Assembly: GCA_002269645.1 (NCBI GenBank)
Contig: NIVC01003639.1
Span: 1-64,000, forward strand
Direction of reading: 5' to 3'
DNA from: Macrostomum lignano
Lineage: Eukaryota
Length of the DNA: 64,000 nucleotides
A model generated the notes under the pieces. It searched no databases. It was given only the letters and a program-made list of their open reading frames with translations, and was not told the DNA's origin. This document shows positions 37,782 to 52,581 of the stretch, one piece after another (the first letter of the stretch is position 1; every line of letters starts with the position of its first letter). The position numbers were made by a program, and so were the translations under genes.

Positions 37782-40265
37782 ATGGCTCTCAGGCTGCTGG
37801 CTTTGTTGCTGGCTCTGCTTTCGTTCAGCTCTGAGGCTGCCGGGCGGCCATGGGTCATTGCCCATCGAGGTTCCAGCGGCGACTATCCAGGACTCACCAT
37901 GTTGGCCTTCACCAAAGCTGCGGAGGAGGGTGCCGACATGCTGGAGTTGGACACCGCTGTCACCAAGGACCACCAGGTGATTGTGCTGCACGAACCGGAC
38001 CTGTCGCCGACTACTAACGTCAAGGATGTGCCAGAGTTTGCTGGCCGATTGAAAGCCGATACGATTTTCTCTGACGACAACTATACTAAAAATGTGACAG
38101 ACTATTTCACCTGGGACTTCAGCTTGGATGAGGTACAGATTGTGTGGTTGGGCGTCTGTGCTCTCTAAGTGTCTGGAGTGGTAGCTCAACCAAGTGTCAG
38201 GAGGGAGTGGTAGCTCAACCAAGTGTCAGGAGGGAGTGGTAGCTCAGCCAAGTGTCTGGAGGGAGTGGTAGCTCAACCAAGTGTCAGGAGGAAGTGGTAG
38301 CTCAGCCAAGTGTCTGGAGTCGTAGCTCAACCAAGTGTCTGGAGTGATAGCTCAACCAAGTGTCTGGAGTGATAGCTCAACCAAGTGTCTGGAGTGGTAG
38401 CTCAACCAAGTGTCTGGAGTGGTAGCTCAACCAAGTGTCAGGAGGAAGTGGTAGCTCAACCAAGTGTCAGGAGGAGAGGTAGCTCAACCAAGTGTCTGGA
38501 GGGAGTGGTAGCTCAGCCAAGTGTCTGGAGCTCAACCAAGTGTCTGGAGTGATAGCTCAACCAAGTGTCTGGAGGGAGCGGTAGCTCAACCAAGTGTTTA
38601 AAAAATCTGAAACTCCACCGCTACCTAGATTAAGAAGCTTCGCAAGCACCAGCGAATAAGCTTTCGGGACTCCAGCTTCGACGGCAAAGAGCAGGTGCCG
38701 AGCCTTCGCGAAGCGATCCAGCTGGTGAAGCGCCTGGACTCGGAGAGACAGCCCGATCAGAGACGGGTAGCGTTACTCATCGAGGTGAAACTTTGTCGCT
38801 ACTTCACAGCTCGAACAAATCGCAGCAAGGAGGAGCTGATCGCGGCGGATCTGACTGCCGAGGGAGTGGATAACAGGCCGGACATCATCCACCTGCAGAC
38901 ATTCGAGCTGCAGTGCGCTGCCGAGCTCAAGCGTCTCCTACCAAACCTGCCGGTCTACAAGCTCGAGGAGTCTGCTGGCATCAGCGACGAGAAGCTCACT
39001 CAGTGGAGACGCGACCTCAAGCTGGACGGCATCGGTGTGCACAAGGCGATGGTTGCTGGCGGTTCCGCGAACCCAGATAGCCCGGAATTCACCTACAAGT
39101 ACCGCGTGACCGGACCGACCGACCTGGTGCAGCGGGCTAAGCGGCAGGGCGAGAATTTCAAGGTAATCACCGCACTGGCTGCTCGTTAAGTCTTTCGAAT
39201 TCCTCAACCGGTGATGTCAAACTCAATAGCCCATACTCGCCTCTGATGACTACACAAAGCGTACATGACAGAGTGTGCCTGATTGTGGAGTGTCGCTTTA
39301 TTATCTATCTTTATTTCGAGGCGACAGTCGACCCGCAGACATTGAGTAGGCAATTCAGTTGACCCTGAGCATTTACAGATACGCAGGCTCATGCTCCCAT
39401 CAGGGTATACAGAGGCCGCCCTGACTTCTCTATCATCAGGCGTGTACACTAATGTACACTCTCATCCGGCATGCCTTTCGCCATTGGCACCACGACTAGG
39501 TTTGACACCCAAATCAATTGATTTCTCCACTCGTACTTGCGGCGCCAAATGTAGTGAGCGAGAGACCAGCGGCCAGGCTCAGTCCAAGAAAAACAGTCAA
39601 ACCCTCACACGAAGGGTGGAGATACTTTTATATCTAAACAAGAACACATGTACGACATGGGAGCACGAGAATTGCCCGCCGAGGTTTGCCCTCAATGCTT
39701 TTCTTCATACAGCGCATTTAGCCACAGATATTAAACATCTGTGAGCACACAGATGTATAGCTCACAGATGTACCCCTGTATGCTTATAGATATCAAAGCC
39801 TACAATAAGAATATGCATTTGATATGCAGTTACTAACAAAACATTTTGATCGGGTAAATCTTTTCTTAATCTCATGGACCCTATGTGCATATAGAATCAG
39901 AGCATTACTTTACCCCCAATCACTCACTAGTAGTACGAGTGAGTACTGTCACTTTAAAACGAATAGCTCAACTACCCCCCCGTGTAATTCCCCACTCCCA
40001 GGTCCTGGTGTGGACCCTCCGCAACGAGGACCGGTACATCGCGTGGACCTTCAGCCAGGACGGCTGGGCCGAGGCTGACTTCTTCGCCACCGAAGCCAAA
40101 GTCGACGGCCTGATCACCGACTTTCCCAAGACGGTTCGTCGACTTGTGGATGACCGGTTCGCGTCGAGCGGCTCCAAAATTGGCTCACCATCTGGCGGCC
40201 TTCCGGCTCTGCTGGCTCTGGCTGCTGCTGCTGCGGCTTCTTGGAGCAGCTATTTGGCTGTATAA
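37782..40265 (+). CDS. GDPD: GlpQ-type glycerophosphodiester phosphodiesterase, about 382 aa. Exons 37782-38132, 38629-39162, 40002-40265; signal peptide and probable GPI-anchor signal
   Basis: All junctions are GT-AG and phase 0. Motifs: VIAHRGSSG, ADMLELD, VLHE, YFTWDFSLDEIKKLR, LIEVK, LQTFE, VWTLRNE, VDGLITDFP. Hydrophobic N- and C-termini. Confidence 0.93.
38168..38597. repeat. 22-26-bp minisatellite (GTGGTAGCTCAACCAAGTGTCTGGA)n filling GDPD intron 1
   Basis: Read directly. Confidence 0.92.
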
Positions 40266-41562
40266 AAGCAGCAAGACCAACAATGCGAATAATGTCAAAT
40301 GAAAATATTCTAAGCGCACTACTATCATCGTTAGAAGCGAGTTTTTCTGCCTAAATGTTTGCGTTCCAGAAACACCTGTTTTACAAGAAAATATCTGCTA
40401 GCATTCTAGAAAAGTATCTAAAAATGTTCGATAAACAAATAAATAAATTGATCGGCATAAAAAACTTAAAGTTTGTTTTAATTTTGTCGATTTAAAAAAC
40501 TCTGCTACACAGTCGAGTGTTTTAAACAAATCCAATAGTTCTATTGTAATTACAATACACAATAGTTGACATTGACAGATTTACAATTTTTCTGAGACCT
40601 TGAGTTCAGAAACAAACAGAGATGGTTTTAGAAGAATGCACTGAGTCATCCTTGCGTGGCGGACTCTGTCAGTTACTAAAGCAAATTAAGCTAGTTTTTT
40701 ATACAAAACTTTGTAGGCTTAGTAAAACAAAAATTTTTGGGGCGGATTCAAAGAAACGCAATCGAATTCTGGACTGGCATTTTCCATTTTGATTGACAGC
40801 TGCTATTTGAAAAGCTAAGATTTCGTACCTTATCAAGGGCATGTACATAAATTTCGCTAACTTACAGAATGTACTTTTGTCTACTGGTGAGTCACCCAAT
40901 TCACGCAGCTAAGTGTAGTGTACATTCGCGAACATAAGCAAAGTACATTGTTAGTGTACAGACACTGACACAACAAGTTTATAAGTACGATAAAGAGAAT
41001 TAATCTGGTTCGCTGTAGTTGCAAAGAAAGCAAAGAGTGAGACTGACCAGTTTAGCTGTGCCTTCATGCTGCACGCCGAGAAAAAAATAGTTTAATCAAC
41101 AAAATATTCTATACAATTCGTTGACTGGCGTGAGCTGTGAAAATCAATTAGAAATAGAAATGGCCTGAAATAGTTGTCTATTAGGATTGATTATTATAGT
41201 GCTACTAACAGTACGATTTCTAGTCTAACAATTCACCCATTCCTCTGGCCACTGAGTACACACGCTCACACAGGCTGTACAAGCTCACACAGGGTGCAAA
41301 CACACAAGCTTACGCAGGGTGTACACAAGCTCACACATGGTGTACACACACGCCCTTTGAATTTCTCATTGTCAGGGGTACACAGGGCTCTGCGCCTTAG
41401 GGTTGGCCTTCAAGGGCGAGAATCGCTCTACGAGAGTCCTCTTTGACTTCTGTACTCTCACGTCTACCCCAAATCAGTCCCTGATAGAAATTCGGTCCAA
41501 CTGCTCAACAGACGTCCTTGCACATCCGTGAAACGCAATGCGGCTGTCGGGGTCGCCAAGGC

Positions 41563-44500
41563 TCAGCAGACCGGCCGGGAGACGTCGTCGTCTTCATCGT
41601 CGTCGGTCTGACGGCGTCTCGGCGATCCGCTGATAGGAGGCATTGGCGACTGTCGGACTGGCAGGGTGGCATAGGCCGGCTGCTGCTGCTGCTGTTGTTG
41701 TTGCTGCTGTTGCTGCTGCTGTTGCTGCTGCCCGAACACTGGTGCTGGTGAGTGCAGCCGACCGACTGGGCGCAGCTCGACCCCGTGCGGCGGCAGCGGC
41801 GGCGGCAGGAAGCCGACGGAATGATCGACAACGCCCTCCTCCTCCGGTATGCCCAGGTACTGGTGGTGTCGCGACGCCGATTTTATCGACATCTGAGGCA
41901 AGGGAAGCTGATGTTGCTGCTGCTGCTGCTGCTGCTGCGGCTGCTGATGATGCTGAAGCTGCGGCGTCATGACCCGCCGCGGCAGGGTGCCACCAGCGAC
42001 TGCCGGCGAAGAGGTCAGCGCCATGGCCATGGAGCCAGGGGCGTGGTGATGCTGGAAACTTGGGTGATGATGAAGCCCCTGCCTGCCTGCGGCGCCAAAC
42101 AGGTGGCCTGCAAAAATTGCGATGGTTTTCGAATCACTACTAATGGATCCTTTACACGGTATCTTAGTTGCTAAGGGTCAGTTGCTAAGGACCAGTTGCT
42201 AAGGGTCAGTTGCCAATGAAAAGTTGCTAATGACCAAGTTGCTAAGGACAAGTTGCTAAGGACCAGTTGCTATGGACCGGTTGCTATGGACCGGTTGCTA
42301 AAGACCAGTTGCTATGGACCAGTTGCTAAGGGCCATTTGCTAAGGACCAGTTGCTTAGACCAGTTGCTAAGGCTCAGTTGCTAAGGACAACAAGCTCACC
42401 AGCGGGATCATCTTCACTGCCTCCGCGTCCCGAATCGGCGCTGTCGCCGTCCAAATCCTGCTGATTGATCACCACCTGCGAGGACAAAAATAAATTGGGC
42501 GCCTGGAAGTCGGTGCGGGTCAGTCAATCGTTCCGACTAGCGGCTGTAATTGGAAGAAAACTTCCAGACAGCCAGCGAAATTCTACGAGTGTTGCCCTTT
42601 CCCCGCAGGCGCATGCACTTGGCTCTGCAGCTTCATCATCCTCAGCATCATCAATGCGGGAAGTGGCGCTGACTCTTCAGATTCCAGCTACCGGCCTCTC
42701 TGTCTTCACGTGCCAATAAGCTTTGGCATTTTCCCGGCTTCCATCTATCCGTCCGGTAGGGGTGAAGCAGGGCTCGGCTAGGCCGGTATTTCTACAAGAG
42801 AGTTTTTCCCTCCCAGGAAGGAGGCCCAGCGATATTAATCTCCCTTTCCTGGCCAGAGGAAAGTCCACAGCAAGTCGCGCGTAAAGCAGCAGCACCGAAT
42901 AGCGGTGATGCTCTCAGCATACTACTATACACTTACCCATTTCTATAAATGGCAGAATTATTGGTCAGCAGTTGTTATCTTACCGGGATAAGTTGGCGGC
43001 CACTGGGGGAATGGTGCGGATTAAAAGCGCTGCTAGGAGGCTGAAGATTTTACGCAAATTTCGCCCTCAACCCCCCGCAGGTTCGGGGCCAGTTAGGGAG
43101 ATCTGCTTTCCTCCTTAGCGGCAGGGCCAGGAGAGAGGAAAGTGCAGCGCAAGACTACAAGCGCACAATGAAGCCAATCAAATTTCAGCTGTCAGTGGGC
43201 CCCCAAATCCTTGAGTGCGAGGATCAAGGATGTTGGAATTGTTTTTTAGCCTCGAATGATTATTTAAGATTTGCTGGTAAATTGATTGCCACCTCGCAAG
43301 GCTCGGCAACTACTATTAATGATTTTGCTTTGCCTAGTAATGTCTGAAGCGCTGCGAAGATATGAGCCAAACCAGAATGGAACACGTAGCCTAAGTGACT
43401 CTATAATTTCATGCATAGCAACAGGTGTCCAAGGCGCCACTCCGATGCAAAAACATAACGATTTTAAGCGACCCGATTGAAGTTCTTCAGGGTCAGCTAA
43501 TCAATTTGACCTCTCTTCGATCAACCACTGAAAGAACGGGCTCGAAACTGATTCTATTTTTAGAAGCGCATTAGACTGAATCGAATCCCAGCTGCTCACC
43601 TCATTTCTCAGCTCCATCATTTGCGGCCTGAGCTCGCACGCGCTGCCAGCCTGGTTGAATGTTGTCAGAGCGAACTGGTGATGATGCGAGCCGTTCGCCG
43701 GACCGCCGATCCCGCCGCAGAGCCTGCCGTAGGCTGCCGCTGACTCGGCCTCGTCGCACTGGCAGCAGCCACCGCCGCCGACTCCGCTGATGTCCTTGTC
43801 GCAGCCGACTCCGCAACCGCCCGAGCTGCTGCCGCCAGCCCGACATCCCGGCCCAGTTGCCATTAAGATGTCCCCGGCTGGCGAGATGTCGTAATCGTTT
43901 CCGCGTCCGCGACGCCGGACGCAGACGATGGCCAGGACCAGGACCACGCTGATCACCGCGGTGGCTATCACCATGGCAACGATGATCGCCAGGTTGGCCT
44001 GTGCGTCGCGCAGCTGGCCGATGCCGTGGCCGGGAAGGCGCACCGCGTTGACAAGCAAGCGGGCGTAGGCCACGCGGTTGATCGGCCCGTTGTCGTCAGC
44101 GCGCAGGGACAGCTCGTACCTGCCCGGCTGCGGCGGGCGCAGCGGCCTCAGCCTGCCGGACAGCCGGTCCAGCGAGAAACTCCACCGGATCCGCCCGCCA
44201 GCGAGTAGGTCACGTTGCTGAGCGAATCCCGGTCGCGAGCTTCAACTCGAGTGACCTCGACCAGGTCGCTAGAGAAAGTGTAGTTAACCACAAAGTCGGT
44301 GTTGCTTGGAAAAACCCATTCGGGATCGTTGTCGTTCTCGTCAACGAGTTCCACGGTGATGTGCGCCGTGGAGTTCAGCGGCTGCGGGGCGGCCCGGTTG
44401 TAAGCCATGACGGTGAGCGCGAACGATTCATAAGTCTCTCGGTCGAGGTGGCCGCGACTGGAGATGACGCCGTTCTCGCTGAGGCTAATCGGCCACTGGT

Positions 44501-46493
44501 TCGGATCGCTGAAGGCCACCTCAGGATCAAGCAGGGACCTGCGCGAGTCCAAGTAGTCCTTGACCGGGGGGCGCCTGCCGACCACGGAGAGCAGCCGGTA
44601 GAAGACGTCGGCGTTGATGCCCTGGTCCGGGTCCCGGTGAGCCAGTCGGTTCGCACCGGTTGGCCAGGACAGAGCTGGAGTCTCCATAGGGCAGTTCTCG
44701 CGCAGTCGGAACACCAGAGGCGGTTGGATTATCGGGGGATTATCGTTCACGTCAATCACACTGAGAGTGAGGGTGACGCTGGCGCTGTGCTGCGTGCCGT
44801 TGAAGCCTTGGGCGTCCCGCAGAACCACAACGAATTGCATGAGATCCCCGGTGCTCGGGTCCATCGTGTCTCTGTCTACGGTGGACCGAACTCGCAGCTG
44901 CGCCTGGCCGACGGTGGCCGCCAGACCTTCGTCAAACAGCGACGCCTCAGTGCGCACCTCGAACAGGGCCATCGCCGCTGCGTCTTGCAGCTCGAAAGTC
45001 AACGAATCGTCCCTGTCACGATCCGTGGCCATCAGACTGAAGACCGACTCGCCAATGTTGTTCCCGCTGTTTCCGTACGTCTCCTTCATCGCGTTGAAGT
45101 AGTTGGTCACGGAAAACTGCGGCTCGAACTCGTTGACGCCCCTGATGAACACCGGAACGTTTTGGCTGGAGTTCTGCATCGGCTGGCCAAAGTCGCGACA
45201 GTCGATGCGCACGGAGATTTTGCGCCGCTCCTCGTAGTCGACGGCGACAACGAGCTTGAGGGTGTAGCCACCCTTGTCGCTGCCGTCCAGCTGAAAGAAG
45301 CGCCTCTCGGCGGGACTGCCGGCCAGTTTGCATTCGACCCGAGCGTTCTCGCCCAGATCGTCGTCGGAGACAACCACCAGAGCTAGATAGGCCGGTGCGA
45401 CGTTCTCAGATATCACTATTCGGTCGCTGTTGTCTGTCATCGGTATGATGTTGATCGCTGGCTCGTGGTCATTCGCATCGATGACGCGGAAGCTGAACTT
45501 GGCCAGAGTGCGCTTGCTGGGGTTGCCACCGTCCGAGACGAGCACCCCGACCTCGTAGCTGCTGCGAGTCTTCGCGTTCAACGGTCGTCGGAGTGTCACC
45601 CGGCCCGCCCGGTCCACGTCTAGCAGGTTGGCTAGTTCCGGGTCCAGGATGGCGAACTCCAGCCGACCGTTCGACCCGCTGTCCCTATCGTGCGCCTCGA
45701 TGGTGGCCACCAGACCGCCGATGTTGAGCGTCTCCGGCACGTCCTGCACTCGCACCGCCGTCACGTTGGGCGCGTTATCGTTGCGGTCCTTCACCTGCAC
45801 GATGAGGCGCTGGTGGCCGCAGCGCGGCTCCCGACCGCCGTCGCAGGCAGTGAGGGTCAGGTTGTACTGTTTCTGCTCCTCGTAGTCAATCACAGGTGGG
45901 CTGGTGGGGTTCAGCACCAGGCTCAGGAAGCCCGGGATACTCGTGTCCAGAGCGAAAGCTCCACCACCGTTGTCAGTGAGGTAGTAGCTGCCCTTCCTCG
46001 CCATGCCGTTGTCCCCGATGTCAGCGTCCGTCGCCTGATCAAGCGGATGGCTGAACCGGGTGTCGCCCTCCTCGATTGATAGCACCTTCTGTGCGTCCTT
46101 GAACACTGGCTCGTTGTCGTTGATGTCCTCGACGGTGATGCGGACCAGGACGCGGTCGGCTCCGCGAAAGGCGTTAAACTCCACGACGCAGGGTGGCGAA
46201 CCCGGACAGGCGGCCGGGTCCTCGCGGTCGATGGGCCGGCTGACCCGGACATGGCCGTCCTTGTCCACCGTGAAGTAGGGCGACTGAGGCACGATTCTGA
46301 AGGTGCCACCGCCGCCGCCCAGACTCTTCAAGAGGTTGCCGATGCTGGCCTGGCTGGGCGTCTCCTCCGCCACGCTGAAGGCAACGTCTGCGGCTGTCCG
46401 CACGGGGCTGGGGCGGCCAAGGCTTAGCAGGATGAAGAGGAGAGCAACATCGGAGCCTGATTTGATGAGGCCGAGAGGCTGAGGCGGTCGCAT
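41563..46493 (-). CDS. PCDH: Delta-type protocadherin: 7 EC repeats, TM segment, cytoplasmic tail. Exons 46493-43600 (1-nt frameshift at ~44177-44179), 42475-42400, 42107-41563
   Basis: Signal peptide; EC1 DRE..C-x5-C; repeated DxNDN/DxD/DYE calcium motifs; TM NLAIIVAMVIATAVISVVLVLAIVCV; cytoplasmic DSADSGRGGSEDD (CM1-like). The splice phases are compatible (0, then 1). Confidence 0.92.
42170..42388. repeat. 14-15-bp minisatellite (CAGTTGCTAAGGAC)n filling the last protocadherin intron
   Basis: Read directly. Confidence 0.9.
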
Positions 46494-48769
46494 GACTGCC
46501 TCTGAGCTGCCGATCGGGTTATTTTTAGCGAGTCTTTGTCAGGGTTTGGCTGAGTTCTGAAAGGATAGGAGACATCGAACGAATTGCTTTTAAATTCAGG
46601 CGATCTTTCAATATCTGAATTTAGTCTGTACTTTTATTCGCTGAAACCTATGAAGAACGGGAGCTTACGAGCTACTGGGATAAAAGCCGGGAGACGGTGA
46701 GGCTTGCCACTAAAAAAATAACAAAGCTAATGAGTGCGCTAATTTGCAGTGACAGTGCTGCAGCTGGCGATGATGTGGGTGTGTTGAAGCCTCCGCAGTC
46801 CCCACTACCAGTTGCTGACAGCAGATCCTCTCGTTTATGGAATCGCATCTTAACAACAGCAAACAGCAGCTAAACAGGATTTCCTTCAGCGGAAAAAACC
46901 CGAGGTAGGTGGGACTGAAAGACGGATTCTGCATCAGGCTTTGGGCTTTGGCTTTTAACTTTGTCAATTTCCTGTAGAAATTTGTCCTCTACTAAAATAA
47001 AAAGACAACAAACGATTTCGCTAGATAGTTTGACTTCAAGGAAAACAATACGGACAAAGTGTGCAACTGCCTGGGGGTTGAGCGGTCGCACCGGCCGACT
47101 TAGCGACACAGTTCTTGCCTGGCCGGATGGCGGCAGCCGGAAGTGAGACCAAATGGGAGAGGATTAGAAGGACGTCGGATTGGGAGAGAAGCATCGAGAC
47201 GCAGACAGACAGACGGGGAGGGGAGGGAAGTGCTGTTCTCACACTTGAACGAGCAGTTCACAGGAATTTTTAATCAACTGTGAATGAGCGCAGGCTGGCA
47301 GACGGACAAGTAAGCGAGGCCAGCGGTCAATCCAGGCTGGACCTGGCATATTATGATTAGCTCAGAGGCCTCTAACAGAGCTGACCTGCTCTGATGGCAG
47401 CTGATTTTCACGTGCTCTCTGACGCGGAAATCAAGTCCCAGCCTAAGCGTCTCGGCTGCTTGGATTTGCAATGTGAGCGAGAGAGAGAGAGAGAAATCTT
47501 CTCCTAGAAGAAGCAGAGAGGCAAGAAGAGAGCCACCGCCCGCCTCCCCCCCCCCTGTCACAATTCGGCGGCAGCGTGTATTTGAGCAGCTTAATTGGCT
47601 CTCAAGTGGCTGATTGCGCAACGGGTCGACAGCAGGGGAGGGGGCGCAGGTCGCACAGGCCGAGAGATCAAGCGAGGAGATTGCAGCTTCGAGCTCCAAT
47701 TTAGGCATTTGCGGCCTGGCAACTGATCATTGTCTCGGGTCTCAAGGCTTTATGGGCTGCCGCCTATGGAGGGGCGACCAAGCGGAGACGGGAGAGCACA
47801 GGAGGAAAGTGTAGCGTTGCTGAGCCTAGAGGAAGAAGAGCCCAATTAAGAGTCTTGGCTTGTTGAAAAGATTTTTTTCTTTCAATTTCTAGAGACCTCC
47901 AGAGCGCGCCATACAAGGAGGCAAATGGGGATTGCTGAAGCTGTGTTTGTTGAGATAACACGCCCGCCAAGCCCCAGCAGCAGAAGAGACCACCGAGCCC
48001 ATGTTGAAACACTTTCCCCGCTAATTTTTCCTTGTTAAAAAGAAGTGGCAAGGCTGTGAGACTGACAGGTGCAACAAACCAACACCCGCTGGGAGAAATC
48101 TGAGGAGACTGCAAACTTGTTTCGTCTTGTTTTGAAAAGGTGGAACAGGACCTGTGCGGGACCGGTTTCGGATTCCCTGCAGCCAAAGCACGGATAAAGT
48201 GTTTCACAAAATCCCACAGACTCAGATATTTATCAGCGGACAGGATTGGTTGTTGACGAATACAGGCCACTTGAAACTGAACTTGACACGAATGCTGTTG
48301 CATAACAACCGGCCTGACACTCCAGGGAAGCCAGCCGTTGGCTTCGCCGGGAATAAAGAAACACCTCAAACCAGACAATGAAAGGTCAACGCGTCCGTTC
48401 TCGCGTCTCATTGATGGGACGTCTGTCTCAAAGCGTAACTCCCCAAGTGATTGGCAGTCTCTCTAATTGTCCCCTCTGCTGCACGGGGTCGGGAACTCTC
48501 CCACTGGCTAAGCGAGGCCGCGACCCCAACAGCAGCAGCGGCAGCAGCTAACCGATTCTCTAGCAGGCCAACGCCATCCATCCACAGATTTGGCCACTTG
48601 ACCCGATGTTGATGACAGCTGAAGGAGCTGCGGGTTGAACTGCCGTGACTTCCCCGTTCAGTCTCTACAGCTCTGCGCGCGCAAAGGGTTCAAGTCATTG
48701 GTTAGTTCTGCGCCTGGCAATCTAAACTATGGCAATCCAGTTCGCCTGGGTAAGGCATTAATTAGTTAT

Positions 48770-49440
<671 letters not shown>

Positions 49441-50019
49441 TATCTTCTCGGCTGTGTTCCCTCTCTCTCCCTCCCTCGCATCGATAGGACCTGAGCACAG
49501 TCGAGTGAGCAGACAGACAGCAGATGAAAAATATTTCACTAACTAACCAACGGTAACGAGCCCGTAGAGAAGAAATTCCATCGCCGTTTCGAGCAACTTC
49601 TGCTGCAGCAGCCACTGAGGAGGAAAAAGTCCGCGCCACTCCCAACCGATCGATGCCCGAAGCGACCCCGCGGTGAAGCGCTGCATCCGTACTGGTGCGG
49701 CTAACACAGACTCCCAGAGCAGTCTGATGCAGCGGCACTGCTCAGTCACTGCTCAGCCAGCAGCTCGATACAGAAATCAATTTGCAGTTTAGAACTTTGG
49801 CTTAACAATGGGACCGAGTTATTCGATTTCTTGAACGTTTTTTCTTCTAATTCAGAAGGTAGCGCTTGCGGCATGGGAGTTGGACTTTTGTCACGGCTTC
49901 CACAGCGCCGATGCTGGGGTGATTCAACAGAATTAGCCTAATTTTCAGTGCACTTTTGTGAATTAAGGAATTTTCATATTTTGCTCATTTTCACTCTGAT
50001 AGGCGAAGGTTTACTTTGA

Positions 50020-50670
50020 GAGTGAGATGCACACACTGGGAGAGTGAGATGCACACAGTGAAGGAGAGTGAGATGCACACACTGCAGGAGAGTGGGATGC
50101 ACACAGTGAAGGAGAGTGAGATGCACACACTGCAGAAGAGTGAGATGCACACACCGCAGGAGAGTGAGATGCACACACTGGGAGAGTGAGATGCACACAG
50201 TGAAGGAGAGTGAGATGCACACACTGCAGGAGAGTGGGATGCACACAGTGAAGGAGAGTGAGATGCACACACTGCAGGAGAGTGGGATGCACACAGTGAA
50301 GGAGAGTGAGATGCACACACTGCAGAAGAGTGAGATGCACACACCGCAGGAGAGTGAGATGCACACACTGGGAGAGTGAGATGCACACAGTGAAGGAGAG
50401 TGAGATGCACACACTGCAGGAGAGTGGGATGCACACAGTGAAGGAGAGTGAGATGCACACACTGCAGGAGAGTGGGATGCACACAGTGAAGGAGAGTGAG
50501 ATGCACACACTGCAGAAGAGTGAGATGCACACACCGCAGGAGAGTGAGATGCACACACTGGGAGAGTGAGATGCACACAGTGAAGGAGAGTGAGATGCAC
50601 ACACTGCAGGAGAGTGGGATGCACACAGTGAAGGAGAGTGAGATGCACACAGTGAAGGAGAGTGAGATGC
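50020..50670. repeat. Minisatellite with 21-26-bp subunits (GAGAGTGAGATGCACAC..) and a 190-bp higher-order period
   Basis: Identical ORFs at 50116, 50306 and 50496. Confidence 0.93.
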
Positions 50671-51419
50671 AGACCGGTAGGCAGACAGTTGTCATTCCTG
50701 TAAAACAATGCCCAAAAGCCACCTGCACCCAACCCGTAAGTCCCAAAGCTTGCCATGCTGATGAATGCTCAGGCCTGAGGTAGAAACCAAATTTAATATT
50801 CAGCTGAGCACTGGGGGGACACGGAAATGATGAGCAGAGAGTAGAGGGGGGTGGCGCACCACCAGTTGCTTCCATATCACAGCGGCGTGAGTTCCATCTC
50901 GCAGAAGGTAAACTTTTTACAAGCAATCGTGTTGCTGCAGGACCAGAATTTTACCAATCGTTTGCAAGCTGACGTGTTTGGCCTCATCCTATTGAAATTA
51001 TTTTATTCTAAAAACTCAGTTAGAGGGCTATGGCGCGGAGGTGGAGCTTGGGGTGGGTTTGCATGATTGATGCAGCTGGGACTACTAGTCTACTACATCG
51101 GAGTGGGCCTGCAGCTCGCTGTTTCCTACCAACATTTTTATCCATCTGTTTAATGCTGGCAAGATTGATGAATTAAAAATTTGAATGCTTCTGAAACTGG
51201 GCGACTCTCCATTCGTTTTGACACTAATGAGAACAATTATAGGATATCGAGAGAAGGGAGAGAGTTGATGGCGATAATGCCGTTGCCTGCCGATATGTTG
51301 CGTTGCATGGTTATTTTTTCGGGGTGGGCAATCAGGCAGACACTCACACAGGGCCAACTGTCCGCGCTCAATCCAAAATGAATTTGGCCAAGCCGCCGAA
51401 TCGTACCCGGGACCTTTAG

Positions 51420-52076
<657 letters not shown>

Positions 52077-52581
52077 TACGATGTCGTATGCTCCAATTTA
52101 GCAACCTATTTCCCGAGTAAATTGAATCAAGCGACTTTTTGCTAATTTTTCTCGCTCTGTTGCGTAACTCCAGCCGGCACCAGCTACCGAGATTTTGGGA
52201 TTCAAGCGGCCAGGCTGTGGTCGCGAGGGTAAAAGTAACTTTTTTGCTAATTGCTCCGCTCCTGGCTGCACCTAACAAGGCCAATTGTCTGTCTGCTCCC
52301 CAGAAGCAGAGTCTGAGTAGCTGAGTCCGGCTTGTTGTTGGCAAACAGTGCCGCCAACTGGTCTGGGTGGGGATATGAAATACAGAAATCCACCCGATTC
52401 CCGTGGGACACTGGGCTCGGTCTGAGTCACTCCGAGTCCGAGCTCGGAGGTAGCGAACGGGAAAATATTTGCCCGGAGACCCGGCGGCTGATGGGGGGGG
52501 GAATTCCTGACAGAAATTGTCCCAAAGTTAGCATAAATCGGTAGTAACGGGTGCTGGGAGTTGCCTCTGATTGCTTGAGAA

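Noticed and set aside
38168-38597. tRNA A-box-like GGTAGCTCA in the GDPD intron repeat
   Set aside because: There is no B-box or cloverleaf; it is a short chance match.
37782-40265. Recent horizontal transfer of glpQ from bacteria
   Set aside because: The gene has spliceosomal introns and eukaryotic targeting signals, and GlpQ-like enzymes occur in other eukaryotes; only a phylogeny could show transfer.
44361-46309. Long overlapping ORFs antisense or off-frame to the protocadherin (and to KChIP and TNFAIP8)
   Set aside because: These are expected shadows of GC-rich coding sequence.
50758-50788. Second hammerhead candidate CTGATGA..CTCAGGCCTGAG..GAAAC
   Set aside because: The base of stem II does not pair, and no stem III or NUH site can be formed.
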